Below, piece after piece: positions 1 through 12,849 of a DNA stretch of 64,000 nucleotides; within the stretch, counting starts at the first letter, position 1; each line of letters begins with the position of its first letter. The stretch spans positions 40,302,001-40,366,000 of the forward strand of contig NC_045696.1 in the NCBI RefSeq assembly GCF_009834535.1, in the 5' to 3' direction. This stretch comes from Camelus ferus (lineage: Eukaryota). Made by a program: the position numbers and the translations under genes. The notes below the pieces were generated by a model. That model had not been told where the DNA came from. It was given only the letters and a program-made list of their open reading frames with translations, and ran no database searches.

Positions 1-484
1 CAACAGAGCAAGAACACTGGAGAGGTTTGGTATCTTATTTTCTAAAATAGTATTCATTACAACCCTATTAGCAGGAGAGTGTTAGTATCTTAATTTAGGG
101 ACTTTTAAACATGAAGATAGTGATGATGAGGATGATGATAATGACTTTGTAGAAAAACTAATAGTTTATAATATGTATTTTATATACATTCCTTCATTTG
201 AATTAGATATTTTGTCTACATTTTACACTTAGAAAGATTTAAGTACATTTTATAACATCATTTAGATAGTAAATGTTGGAAGTGGAATATGAACCTGGAT
301 CATCCCATTCCTGAAGTCCTCTTCTTTAAGCTAAGACTTAACAGTATCCTACCCAGGGATGGTCCTGGCAGTGTAAATGAGAAACTATAGCAAAGGAAAG
401 CAGAATGATCTGTAATGGGTTATAAGTAACCCCAGATTGAGATTGTGCTTTTCAAGAAGATAGAAACCAAACTCCCAACAATGA

Positions 485-700
485 TAGCAGTTAACGTGTA
501 TTGAAGGTTTACTCTGTGCCAAGCAGAATGCTGAAAGCTTTTTTATTCTTATATATTATTACATTTTATCCTGACACTTTCCCATGAGATAGAAAACTGG
601 GTAAGAGATTAAGTAACTTCTTCAAAGTCACATAGCTGTAAGTAAAGTAACCAGACTATGAAACCAGTAGATTCCTGAGCTCTCATCTTTTACTGCTACA
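485..700 (-). mobile_element. MIR SINE, decayed
   Basis: Reverse MIR core: 'gaaaactgggtaagagattaagtaacttcttcaaagtcacatagctgtaagt'. Confidence 0.7.
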
Positions 701-855
701 TCACTGACAGTTTAGCCCCAAAGAATTAGTCACCACACCCTATTAATAATCTGTGGACAAACAGGTTCGCAGTAGTAGAAGGACCAGCAACATCAGAAAT
801 GCCACTAATAATCAGCAGGGATAGTTTTGTAGGTTTGCCATACAATTTATGATTT

Positions 856-998
856 TTTTCTTTTTTCTTCTCTTTTAATTTTGGGGGGAGGTAATTAGGT
901 TATTTATTTATCTATTTCTAATGAAGGTACTGGGGACTGAGCCTAGGACCTCGTGCATCCTAAGCACATGCTCTACCACTGAAATACACCCTTCTCAC
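856..998 (-). mobile_element. tRNA-derived camelid SINE (Vic-1 type)
   Basis: Minus strand reads a tRNA-like head (tcagtggtagagcatgtgcttaggatgcacgaggtcctaggctcagtccccagtacc), then 'aataaataacctaattacctcccccc' and an A-rich tail. Degenerate TSD caatttatgattt (843-855) / cagtttataattt (999-1011). Confidence 0.88.
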
Positions 999-1149
999 CA
1001 GTTTATAATTTCAAATAACACACAATTCATTTTAAACGTGCCTGTAATTTTTAAATGGTATTTTTAAATCTCCCTTTTAATTAATGCCAAAATGTATGTC
1101 ATTTATGGGGAAAAAACAAAACATCTTAAATCACCGATGAGAAGCCACT

Positions 1150-1372
1150 GGCATAAATAAAAGCACTGAATTTAGCATAAGAAGTCATGGGATCAAGTAC
1201 TGCTTCTGCTGCCCAGCAGCACAACCACTCTGGGCAACATAGTGAGTCTTCCTGAGTCTTCCTTTTCTCTGCTCTAAAATAAGTCTACCTCTCAGGATTG
1301 CTATGATGTTAAATAATGTAACATATGAGAACGTGTCTGGCACTCAGAAGTTACTCAGTAAAAGTTATTTGA
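1150..1372 (+). mobile_element. MIR SINE, decayed
   Basis: MIR-like 'ctctaaaataagtctacctctcaggattgctatgatgttaaataatgtaacatatgagaacgtgtctggcac...ctcagtaaaagttatt'. Confidence 0.65.
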
Positions 1373-4306
1373 TAATAATGACTACCAATTATTGAATGCT
1401 TGCTGAAATGCCAGCATAGTGGGCGTTTGGGTGAGTAGAAGCTTCAAGTGTTGCTTTCTGCATACTGCAAATAAGGGTGCTGAGGATCTCTTTGCCTTGT
1501 AGTTCATTTGATGAACTATGGAGTCTCCAACTGCAGTGTGCTGCTACGAGCTGTTAGGCAGTGTGCGTGATTTTGGGGCTTTTTAATATTTCTGGTTTTT
1601 TGAGGGTTTTTTGGTTTGGGAGGGTAGGAGGTTTTTTGTGTTTTTTGTTGTTATTGTTTGTTTGTTTGCTTGCACTAAATGGCACTACATCCATCTTCCC
1701 ACCAGTTCCCCAAGGGAGGAAATTTCTGTAATTGCACAACCCCTTTCCATTCAAGGCCACTTCCCTCCCTTCACCATGGCAATGCCCATCACATATGGGC
1801 AGCTGTGGCATCATTGGAAAAAAGATGGGTGTCCTGGATACCTCATCTAAGGTCTTAGCTCATCCCAGGGACTTCTGGAGCTTTATGCTGCTATTCCCTG
1901 CACACTCCCATTGAGGCTGCTGGCATCCCAAATGCATCCTGGTCCCTACATTTTGATGCAGCAATAGACTTTTGTAAGTCACGTGCGTATTCCCTACAAC
2001 ATTCAATGTCAGCACATCAGAATCCTATCCTACATGAATTCCATTTTCCTATTCTAAAAGCCCTAATCTTTTTATCCCTATGCCTCAATTATCAAGAAAA
2101 CGTTCAGTCCAGGCTCCCTCAAAAAAAATAGCTCTAAGAAGCCCGATGTTAGAATACGGAAAATTGCAAGCAATAGTGGAAGGCATTTTAGTTCATAAAG
2201 ACAAAGGAAGAAGGGCTATAAAGCTTTTAAAAGACTTTATCCCTCAAGTTTAGTTATCTGAGTTTTGTTTGTTTAGTGTTTCAATCTCATCTTCACTTAT
2301 TCATTTATTCAACATGTAGCTCTGGGAACCTACTATGTGCTGAGACCTATACTAGACACCTGCACTTATGATTAGCAGCTGAAAGGCACAGAAACTAATA
2401 AAAAGCCACTCGGAGCATAGATGCACAGGGAATGTCAGAATTTTTTTTCTTTCTCTTCAAAGGGAGGCCACTTTCTGTGCATTTTTCATGCTGGTCAAGG
2501 TATTCTGAACCTTCCCTGGAGCCAATGCCCTCTCACAACACTCCCATCCTCACTCAGCAAAAGGTTCTCAACCACTGTCAAAGATTTAAGCCCCATCTGA
2601 CTCTGTAGGTGCCAAAAAAGTAACAATTCAGCACCTTAACAGACATGGTTCAGACATTCAACACCCATATATAAAAATGTATAAAACGGTAAACTATCTT
2701 TTATCTGGTATTCTTTCAACAAAAATTGTTATGAAATCTTAATTTTGTTGCCAACAAGATGAAATGAATAGTGAGTGTCCTGGGGATGACCCCAAGACAC
2801 TGAAATCCTAAGGCCCTGGAACAGAGTCAGGCACTTTGCTTTCAATAAATGCTGGTTGGATGAATACTGTCTGAATCACTGGGAAAGAAAATAAATTATT
2901 CCAAGTTGAGTTTTAGAACTAAACTACATTTAAGGTAACTTTTCATTTATCTAGCATCCCAATTGCTGAAAACTTCAACCCTACAGAACACAACTGAGGA
3001 CCAAAAGTCAGAAATGCTCAGAGATTAAAAGACAGTGGTCATTAAGCTTCGTATTCATAAGCAATTACAAGAAGCCTGCACTTCAAGCCTGTTTACTTCT
3101 ACTTTGCAAATAATTCTAACAAAACTTGGTTCTCTGAGACCTAAGAACATAGCAAACTTGAAGTATCTAATTTGAAAAGGGAAAGGGGCTGCAACAAGTC
3201 AAAGTGCTTATGCCAGGAAGAAATAGAATCACAAAAGCCTAGCAATACAGGAGGAGGAAAAGAAGCTATAAAATGAGAAGAAATTCTAAGGTGCATGGCA
3301 TTCGTTGAGGAGACAAATCATTGTAGAGCCCTAGGATGTTCTTGGGGGAATTGCTGAATCATAGCTGAATGTAAATATTGACATATTTAGTAGTATCTTT
3401 TAAGACTTAAGGAAATTATATATTTTAAATAGATCATATCAAAACAAATATATTTTGGTCCTGATGAGTGTAAAATACCAGCTATTAGGAAAAGTTTAAT
3501 TATCCAAATGTCTCATTCCCTAAAGATTTGGGAAAGGTGAGGTTATTCTAATATGTATGAGTATGTACGCACACACATCTGCACATATGTATATAAATTA
3601 CAGGAAGTAGAATTGCTGTTAAGCTAGAAAACCTCATCCCCCCAATCGGCAGTATAACGGATTAACTTTTTGGTTGTCAGCTTCCAATAACAGCATGATC
3701 AAAGTGGTTACCTGGAATCCAAAACCTTGAGTTCATGCTTTATTTTCATCTAGTACAACTGAGATCAGGGAAATTACCTCACTGCTCAGTGACTCAATTT
3801 ATCTCTTTGTATAATGAGAAAAACAAAAGCTTACCTCACAAGAGTCTGGTGGACTTTGTTCCTGTTTCCAAAACTTGGAAATGCTTAATATAAATCCCAG
3901 TAAGAGCCTGGTTTGGGGTTATTACTTTTTAAGCAAACACCCCTCAAGGAAAAGATACAAAGGAAGTCAGTCTTTCTTTCCCTAATTTCTTTCCTTGCAA
4001 TCTTTTCTTTCCAAAGAACACAGCAGAGAAACAAAGAGCCAAATGCTCTGACTCACGGCTTTTTCTAATAGTGTTGCGGTCAATTTGCTCCCGCATAAAA
4101 AAGGAGTCGTGAAGCTTTGAACTCTGGGTTTTGGAAGGCCAGGAGTGGAAAAACGTCTTTAGCAGAAAAAAAGGCACATTCCCAATCTGTCCAAATCTGT
4201 CCAATGCTTTGCGTTTGTGAGAAAAGTCCACTTGGGCATGCAGCAACCACTGGAGTCCTTTTCTGCTGTCAGAACTTTCTGACAAAAGGGGCTGAACTTT
4301 GCCTTT

Positions 4307-4584
4307 TTTTTTTTTTTAACATTTGAACATAGACTATATATTTTTAATATTATTGTAAAAGTTTATTATTTTTTTCAGTTTTTTCATTGAAGTATAGTCA
4401 ATTACAATGTGTCAATTGCTGGTATACAGCATCATGTTTCAAACATACTTATACATATATATATTTATTTTCATATTCTTTTTCATTATAGGTTACTACA
4501 AGATATTGAATATAGTTCCCTGCACTATACAGTGGAAACTTGTATATCTATTTTATATATAGTAGTTAGTATCTGAAAATCTCA
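4307..4584 (-). mobile_element. Young 5'-truncated L1 3' end with poly(A) and extra 3' sequence
   Basis: 'attgaagtatagtcaattacaatgtgtc...ggttactacaagatattgaatatagttccctgcactatacag' is an artiodactyl-type L1 3' UTR in reverse. Perfect 12-bp direct repeat aactttgccttt at 4295-4306 and 4585-4596. Confidence 0.85.
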
Positions 4585-5069
4585 AACTTTGCCTTTCAGT
4601 GAAATCTTGAATCGAGTTTCTTTTTCAGAGCTTATTCATTCAAGCCTTAAGATGTTGTCTCATTTTGAACTTGCTTTTAGGGCAAATGGGAAAATGGCAT
4701 ATAGCTTTGTGCCTAGAAAAGCTGGCTCCATCCTTCTTTGGGAAGAACAGTTCCATGTGGTTCAGAAAGCTCAAGGCACACTGAGGGTCTTCACTGAGAG
4801 ATTTCTGATATTGCAGTTGGTTATTATACCCCAAGGTTGATCAGCTGTCTTGCTTTTTGCTTTCTTGGATGCTGCTTTCTTAAAGCTTATCACAATCTAA
4901 TATATTCATACAACTTTATAGTGTGTGGAGGGCTTTCATGCACATTAATTCATGTGTGAGACCTAGTATGCTGCTGACTTCTCAGTATTTTGTAGTTCTG
5001 TTTTGTTTCTTGTTTTAATTCTTAAAAGATTCTTATAATCTGAAAAAGACACATACTAAATTTTCATAC

Positions 5070-5495
5070 TTTTTTAATTGAAGTTTAGTTCATTTACAAT
5101 GCTGTGTTAGTTTCTGGTATACAGCATAGTGATTCAGATATATAAATATAAATATAAATATAAATATAAATATAAATATAAATATAAATATAAATATAAA
5201 TATAAAATATTAGTATTCCATTGTTTCTATACACCACAACTTCTTTATCCAGTCATCTGTTGATGGACACTTAGATTGTTTTCATTTCTTGACTATTGTA
5301 AATAGTGCTGCAATCAACATTGGGGTGCATGTATCTTTTCAAATTAAAGTTTCTCTGAATATGTGCCCAGGCATGGGATTGCTGAATCATATGGTAACTC
5401 TATTTTCAGCTTTTTAAGGGAATCTCCATATTGTTTTCCACAGTGGCTGCACCAAATAATGTTCCTACCAACAGTGTAGGAGGGTTCTTTTTTTC
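5070..5495 (-). mobile_element. L1 3' fragment with internal deletion at a hexamer microsatellite
   Basis: L1 3' terminus (5075-5140) is joined via the repeat to upstream L1 sequence 'tagtattccattgt...tttatccagtcatctgttgatggacacttag...ggctgcacc'. Confidence 0.85.
5142..5206. repeat. (ATAAAT)n microsatellite, about 10-11 units
   Basis: Direct reading. Confidence 0.95.
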
Positions 5496-5859
5496 ACACT
5501 ATTTAGTACATTTTAAAATATCTAGTGTCATTCTTTGGCTGATAATATTGAGCAGTTGGCTGTTCTTATTTGTCACCCAATTGAAGAATTTATCTCAGTA
5601 CTAAAATCTCATTACCTAAAGTGCTCTAAGAACATCTCAAAAGTGTCTTTATTCTTTTCTCCTTGAGAGGAAGTTTTCTTAGAAGCACTCTCAGCTCACT
5701 GTTACCAAATACACATTTTACCTCCAGGCCATTCTGTCCCTCCTGTTCCAGAAGCTTCTCTTCCTGAGTGTCTTCCTTGACATGTTCTCATGTGCTCCTC
5801 ATCCTACCCCTCCTGCCTTCTGGGGACCCCACTCTGGACCATGTGCACCGTCTGCCCAT

Positions 5860-6415
5860 TGAAGCTATAGCGTTCTTTCTTAGCACAGATCAGATTGTGA
5901 CTCATTCCTGTTTAAAGACCTTCAGAGATATTTCATGGCCCTCAAATTGGAGTCCAAACCCCATCACAGGATTTACAAGGTCTTTCCATGGTCTGGACCT
6001 GCTCATCTTCCCAGCTCCATTTCTTTCCACACCACCTGCCGTCAACAACCCAACTCTGCACTACAGTTACAGTTTCCTCTTAGAGTACCGTATCTCATAT
6101 GTTTTAGCTTTCATTCACACTGTTCTGTCTTTTTGCCTGAAACACTCTGCCTTCTCATCACCTCCCAACTCCCTAAGCATTCTCAGAAACCTTCCTTGAA
6201 ATTCAGAACTGGATTAGGAGGCTCTGCCATACTCTCACACATTGCCGCAGCATCCAACACTCTCACTGTAATTCTTTAATTAACTTTTATCTCTCCTGGT
6301 CTGCAAACCCCATTATGGTCTGAATTGAGTCTGTCTTACTAAGCAGTATGTTCCCAGCGCTGAGCCTAAGACCGAGTGCAGTCACTCAATATTTGTTGAA
6401 TGAAGGAATTAGTGA
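5860..6415 (+). mobile_element. L2 LINE 3' region
   Basis: 'gtgactcattcctgtttaaagaccttcag...gtccaaac' through the L2 tail 'cactcaatatttgttgaatgaa'. Confidence 0.8.
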
Positions 6416-6704
6416 AGGATACAGAAATCATAATCAAAGAAGCACAGCTATCAGAGCCAAAGCAGCAGATTCAAGGATCAACCAGGGTTCTAGAAAAAGT
6501 AAGTGGTCCAAAGTCTGGCCAAACAAGTCAGAAATCAAGAAGTCCTTAACAACCAACAGTGCAAGGTGGAGAGAAAAGGTCTAAGGCAGGCCCTTATCCA
6601 TACACAAATTTAACAAAATTTGATCACCACAACACCCACGCAAGTCTCTCATGCTCATCCTGGGCAAACTTGCCCAGAGCGTGATGGTGTGGTACAGGGA
6701 CTAC

Positions 6705-6820
6705 CTGCCTCAGGATTCTGCATCCCCAGTAGTCCTGCTGACTCAGAATCTCACGGGTTGGGGCCAGAAATCTGCATTTTTAACCAGCATCGCAGGGGAT
6801 ACTCATGCACCTTAAAGTCC
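6705..6820. mobile_element. MER5-family hAT-Charlie fragment
   Basis: 'gactcagaatctc...ggggccagaaatctgcatttttaaccagcatc'. Confidence 0.7.
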
Positions 6821-8907
6821 TAGGTTAGAAGTGGGGACAATGACAATAGCAGGTAGTATAGGCAGAACAAGAGCGGGAAGCAAACACATTTCCTGGTGGT
6901 GTCTAGTTCAGTATTGTGAGCCCCCAGTTGCTCTACACATGGTTTATGACTTGTAGATAAGGATATCTTTGCCCTGATGCATTCATAATGAACTAACCCA
7001 CAGCTGGTCCATATTTGGCCCTTAGAAGTTACAACAAAGGTCGTGTGTACAGGGTTGGGGGAGGGTGGTGCTTTCATGGCACTTTAGTCATAACTCCCAC
7101 TTAACTCCTCACTTGGGCCTCCCTTCTCCTATTTGGGGCATGGCCTTGTATAATCCATCCATGCAACTTGTCTGGACAGATGAATATTTAACCAACATTC
7201 AATAAAACAATATTGCCTTGTCCATGACCTGGACAAAGGGCTAATAATAATAATAACAACTATGAAGAATTCATTGTAAGCTATTACTCCTCTGAGGAAA
7301 ACAAAAATGTCCCCTTTAGTCCCCCTAAGCCTGTGGTTTTTAAAACTCTTTCCAATTTTGCATTATTGTCCAAGAAAAATAATTAGATATGGATGACTGA
7401 AAAAAATATCTAGAAAGTTCTATCTCAGGAAAAGAGGTTCACCTCAAACCAACATTTCCTGTTTTGATCTTGTGTTCTAAGGAGTCTCATTTTTTTCTTT
7501 GCTTCTACATACAGTTTTGTCATTTATGGTCATGCCTGTAATCTGTCATGCTCACAATGAATCCAGAATAAACACTGATTTTTGTTACTATTCTATTATT
7601 TATAGCTTAAGATTACTCTTCACCTTTATCCTGAGACTTTGGTCTATCACGGCCCTTTAACGTCAGTACACAGTACCTTAAGTCCCCTGTAAACCAGAAC
7701 GTATGTGATGTGGGCAGGAAAAACAATACATTTTGACTTTCCCAAAGTCATTTGAATCAAATATTTTAAGTGTAATTGAAAACATATTTTTACAAGAAAA
7801 TAGAGCCAATAAACCAGAAAAGCTGTATGGAAACACCAGCTCCACTTCTCTGGCTTTTAATAAACTGCAGTAGAGGCTCTTAGGAACAGCGAGACACTTA
7901 GGTCCCTACATGGAATCATACAAAGAGGACAAGTGCTCATCCACAAGCGTGGTTCATCTCTCACAAGTGCTCTTTACAGAAAGTTCTAGCAGGGAAAGAA
8001 GAGGAAATATGTCAGGGCACCATGACTTTGTGTAACCTCCCTAATGTCAGTGTGCAGACCTCATATGCCTTTACATGGGTGGTATGATTTAAGGGTGGAG
8101 TGGGTGCCTTTGCCCGCTCTGATCCCATGATCTAAAACCATGATTATCTTCCTATAATTATTATTTTAAAAAATATATAACTACAAAGGAAGTATTATCC
8201 TGGGCCAGGTCTTTTTCTCAATTGCAGTGACACAACTCCCACTAAATCTGTGGGTTATCATCTTCCTTCTTCTTAGTGTCAAATGTTCCTCTTGGTCTTC
8301 CCAGCCATGAAACTGGAAGTCTATGGTGGTGCAGTGGGCCTGGCAATGGGAAGGATTCTGCGCTAAGAGATTAAATCCTTGGCACACACAGAATCATTTT
8401 GGCACACTGGCTTCTCCTATAATTTCTCTAGCTATGAATTGGAGCAGATTTATTTACTCAACTTATAAAATGTCACCATTCATTAAAGTAAATCACTTGA
8501 TATAAAAGAACTAATTATAGAGCTTTTAGTAAAATTAAGTAAAAGCTTTTTACCTTAGGGCCAGGGGCAGAACCAAATTTCTAAATTATAGGTTTCTACT
8601 ACATGGATGTGTTAAAGTTCCAGGGGACCTGATTTGACCTAAATTTGTTTAATAGCCAATTGTGATGTAATAGGCTTTTATTGTTTGAAGAACAGAGTAG
8701 CTATGTATATAAATATCCTTTGCAATGTCTATGTCTATGGCAATTTTTAAAACAGATCAACTATGCAGTATTGACAAGGGAATGGAGACAGGGGAATGAT
8801 CATCTAAACTGGTAAAACTCTCTGAAGTTGAACTAGTAATTTCACCCCAAGAATCTATCCTACAGATATACTCACATGTTGTCTTAGAATATAAGAATAA
8901 TGATGTT

Positions 8908-9890
8908 CATCAAAGGACACAGTCAACAGAGTAAAAAGGCAACCTAAGGAATGGGGGTAAATATTTGCAAACCACATATCTGATAAGGAGTTAATATCCA
9001 GAGAACTTCTACAATTCAACAACAAAAAGTAAACAAACCAATTTAAAAATGGGCAAAGGATTGACCAGACATTTCTCCAAAGAAGATACACAAATGGCCA
9101 ACACATACATGAAAAAAGATGCTCAACATACATTAAGGAAATGCAAATTAAAACCACAATGAGATGCCATCTCACACTCATTAGCATGGCTACTATTTAA
9201 AAAAAAAAACAACAGGAAATAAATATTGGCGAGGATATAGAGAAATTGGAACCCTGTGAATTGTTGGTGAGAATGAAAAATGGCATAACTTCTATGGAAA
9301 ACAGTATGGCGGTTCCTCAAAAATTAAAAATAGAACTACCATATGACCCAGAAATTCCATCTCTGAGTATATACCCAAAATAATTGGAAACATTGTCTCA
9401 AATATATATTTTTACATCCAGGTTTGCTACATAGCAGCACTATTCAGAATAACCAAGGTGAAAACAACCCAAGTGTCCACTGATGGAAGGATAAATGGAT
9501 AAACAAAATGTAGTATACACATACAATGAAATATTATTCAGCCTTAAAAAGGAGGGAATTCTGATACACGTTACAACACAGATGAAACGAGGACATTATG
9601 CTAAATGAAACGTCAGTCACAAAAAGATAAATATTGTATGATTCCATTTACATGAGCTACCTAGAGTAGTGAAATTCTTAGAGACAGAAAATAGAATGGG
9701 TGGTCGCCAGGGGCTGAGGGGAGGAGAGAATGGAGAGTTATTATTTAATGGGTATACAATGACAATTTTGCAGGATGGAAAGAGTTTTGGAGATGGACTG
9801 TACAACAATATGAGTGTGCTTAACACTACTAACCAGTACAGGCAAAAATGATTAAGATGGTAAATTTTCTGTTATGTGTATTTTTAAAAA
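8908..9890 (+). mobile_element. L1MB-type LINE-1 3' end (ORF2 C-terminus and 3' UTR)
   Basis: 'atatttgcaaaccacatatctgataagg', 'gaaatgcaaattaaaaccacaatgagatgccatctcac' and an L1MB-like 3' UTR. TSD aagaataatgatgtt (8893-8907) / aagaatcatgctgtt (9891-9905), 13/15. Confidence 0.92.
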
Positions 9891-10089
9891 AAGAATCATG
9901 CTGTTAATTACAGTAATAGTGAAAAATAGAAAACATGCAAATCCTTCAAATGGGAAGCAGCCATTGGGTAGAATTCCATGCAACCATTGAAAAAAAAAGT
10001 TGTATATATAAATGTATTAACTTAGAAGGACATGCAGGATCCATGTTTTGAGTGAAAAAGCAGTTTTCAGGACAACACGCTTATAAAAC

Positions 10090-10563
10090 TGTATTAGTTT
10101 GCCAGAGCTGCCTTAAGAAAGTACCACAGACTAGATGACTTAGAACAACAGAAATGTATTCTCTCACACTCTGGAGGCCAGAAGGCTAAGACCAAGAAGT
10201 CAGAGAAGTTAGTCCCTTCAGAGGGCTGTGAGAGAGACTATGTTTCATGCCTCTCTCCTAGCTTCTGATGGTTTCCTGGCAATTTTTCGTGTTCCTTCAC
10301 TTCTAGACGATGCATCACTCTAATCCCTGCCTTCATCTTTACATAATATTTTCTGTGTGCATGTTTATCTCTGTGCCCAAATTTCCCCTTTTTATAAAGA
10401 CACCAGTCATATTGGATTAGGGGTCTACCCTACGCTGGTATGACCTCACTTTAACTAATTACATCTGCAACAAACTTATTTCCAAATAAGGTCACATTCT
10501 AAGGCACTGGAGGTTAGGAGTTCAACATATGAATTCTGGGGGGACACAATTCAACCCATAACA
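10090..10563 (-). mobile_element. MaLR solo LTR (MLT1B/C-like)
   Basis: Starts tgtattagtttgcc and ends ggggacacaattcaacccataaca (TG...CA termini). Internal 'tttccaaataaggtcacattct'. Confidence 0.92.
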
Positions 10564-11429
10564 ATGATCTCATTTTTTTTCATATTATAAAAGCTATACC
10601 CATGTACCTATGCATCTGTGTATAAAAGTGGGTGTGTGTGTATATGAATATATAAAGGACTGAATGGTACACATCAAACTGCTAACTGGGGTTATCCTCT
10701 GGAAAATGGTGGAGAGTGAGGAGGTTGCGGGGGGCAGTGCTTATACTTTTTATCTCCACACTTTTGAATTGATTGAAAAATGTTCCACAATCATGTATAA
10801 CTATTGTAAATTTAAGCAAGCAACTTATCAGCTTTTATTGATGTTCATCAGGGTAGATGTTAAGCTGCCTTGGAGAGAAGTGGGAACTACAACAATTAAG
10901 TGATTCAAAACTGTTGGAATACTTTTCAGCCATCAAAGTGAAAAACAGTAATATTTTGTATGTTTCCCCCAAAGAGGGATACTAGTCAGTGGCAGAGTGG
11001 AAACAGTGCTACACTTGAGTCCAGACAGCCAGTAGGAGCTCCGTTTCTGGCACTAGCTGGCTGTGTGACCTTAGGTATTAACCTCACTGGCATTTGCATT
11101 TTCATCTTTAAATGTTTCTGTAAATTCCCTTGGTCTGTGTTTATTCATTTCTGGCTCATACATGCATGGTGTACCTCACAACAAAATGTGACTGAGCCTA
11201 AAAATAGCCAACGATCACTTCTCCCAGACAAAGATCTGAACAGAGGCCATTGATCTGAGCTGTGTGCTTGAAGGACAGCATACAGATGAGTCAGTGTATA
11301 ATCAGGCAGCCTGATTTGTCCACTCTGCCTCTACAGAATGTCTATGCCACCCTTTACTACTGCTATGGGAAGGACAGCTTCCACTGCAAACCCGTATAAC
11401 AGAGCTGAACCCCACAGACCTAAGTCACT

Positions 11430-11660
11430 CTTCATTCCTCTATTCAGTCAGGAAATAATTATTAAGTACACACTATGAGTCAGAACTATACCCGGCTCTG
11501 GGGATTCATTGATCAGCAAAATAAACAAGGTCCCTATTCAGTTGAATGAGGTCAAGAAAACAAGTAATTACAAGACAATGTGGACAGTGTTTTGGTAAAG
11601 GAACTGCAGTGTGCTCAGGGGAGCCCAGTTCTCTAAGTTAGGGGTGCCTTATCTCAGACT
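11430..11660 (-). mobile_element. L2 3' fragment
   Basis: 'aataattattaagtacactatgagtcagaactatacccggctctggggattca...aacaaggtccct'. Confidence 0.7.
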
Positions 11661-12849
11661 TCAAGGTTTTCCAAAGATCTCTTTTCACTGAATCACATCA
11701 ACTCAGCTTTGAAATCATGAAACAGATCATTTTGCCCACTACCCACTAGCTTTCCAAGAATTCTGCCTTTCAATTGTGTCTATGGCTGCTGGAGAGGGCA
11801 AGGCTCAGGCAAGGAGTAACCAAGCCCCCATGATTCAGCTGCTCAAAGTAAAGAAACAATGGCATCTCAGACTGGGAGGCATTCTTTCAACTTCCTCGCT
11901 GGTGCCATGTTTTCCCTCAAGGTAGGTAGGAGAATCCACTCTGCCAAGTCCAGATGTAAAGGCATCAGATATTTGATCATAAGACCCAAGAATAATGAGG
12001 AATATTTATTCCTCATGAGAGTCAGCCTCCACCATAGCCCACTCCTCTCTGTTACTAACCAGCACATCAAACACAAAGTGTCCCTCTAAAAGTCTTTGGA
12101 GTACATTTTCATTAGTTACCTCAGGCACTGCACATGCCAAGGTCGTAGGGCTCTGGCTTCCCTAAGTCCCCTCAAAATTTTTGTCCCCTATTTCCATAAT
12201 GTTTCTCTATGTTGACCTGCAGAGCTCAAGCAAATAGACAGTTGTGTCTTTTAAATATGCTAAAAAGAATTCTGATCAGAGCGGTGGTGGTGAAATTTTG
12301 TTTTGTCTTTTCACTGCTCTACGCTCTGTAAATGTACCAAATCCCAATGTAAGCTGTCATTTTTTCCCCTATAATTGACTTCTGAAATCATGAAAACTCT
12401 ACACTGAAGAAAACAAACTAGGTAAAAAAAGGATGGAGACGGTGAGATTTTTTTTCCCACACAGAAAAGAATATACCTGGATCCCTTATTGAAGCCAGGT
12501 TTCTTTAAAAATTTTTTTAATTCTATGATATAGATATTTAACATAATATAGATTTTTTTAACTTCCTTATACATGTAAGAAAAAACAGTAAATTTTTTTC
12601 CTAATCCTGCCTCATTCCATAAATTCCTCTAACACAATTTTCTGTATACAATGGACATTTCATCACAATTCATTGATTTGTTGGTTCCAAAATAAAAAGG
12701 TCCAGATCTAATTACCACAAACTCATTGAATATGGCAGCAACCTCAGAGCTGAGTCTATCCATGGGGTCTATGTAGAATTCTATCGCACTGAATGAATGT
12801 TCTCCCATCATAGAAAGGATAAGGTTATGTAGAATCCAACATGCAACTA

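Larger units (their letters stand above)
8770..10820 (+). mobile_element. Ancient L1 (L1MC/ME-like) 3' region split by two later insertions
   Basis: Collinear pieces at ~8770-8907 (gaatctatcctacagatatactc), ~9891-10085 and ~10564-10820 (gtacacatcaaactgctaactggggttatcctctgg). Confidence 0.6.

Noticed and set aside
900..995. tRNA-Ala gene (also 14460-14530)
   Set aside because: These are SINE heads with degenerate stems, a SINE-specific tail and TSDs.
1555..1575. miR-34/449-like sequence (taggcagtgt; also tggcagtgta at ~366)
   Set aside because: Only the first ~10 nt match and I see no hairpin partner.
1680..1950. Ancient Gypsy-type LTR remnant (minus strand begins tgtagggacc)
   Set aside because: Only a terminal resemblance. 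I could not define the other end or a TSD.
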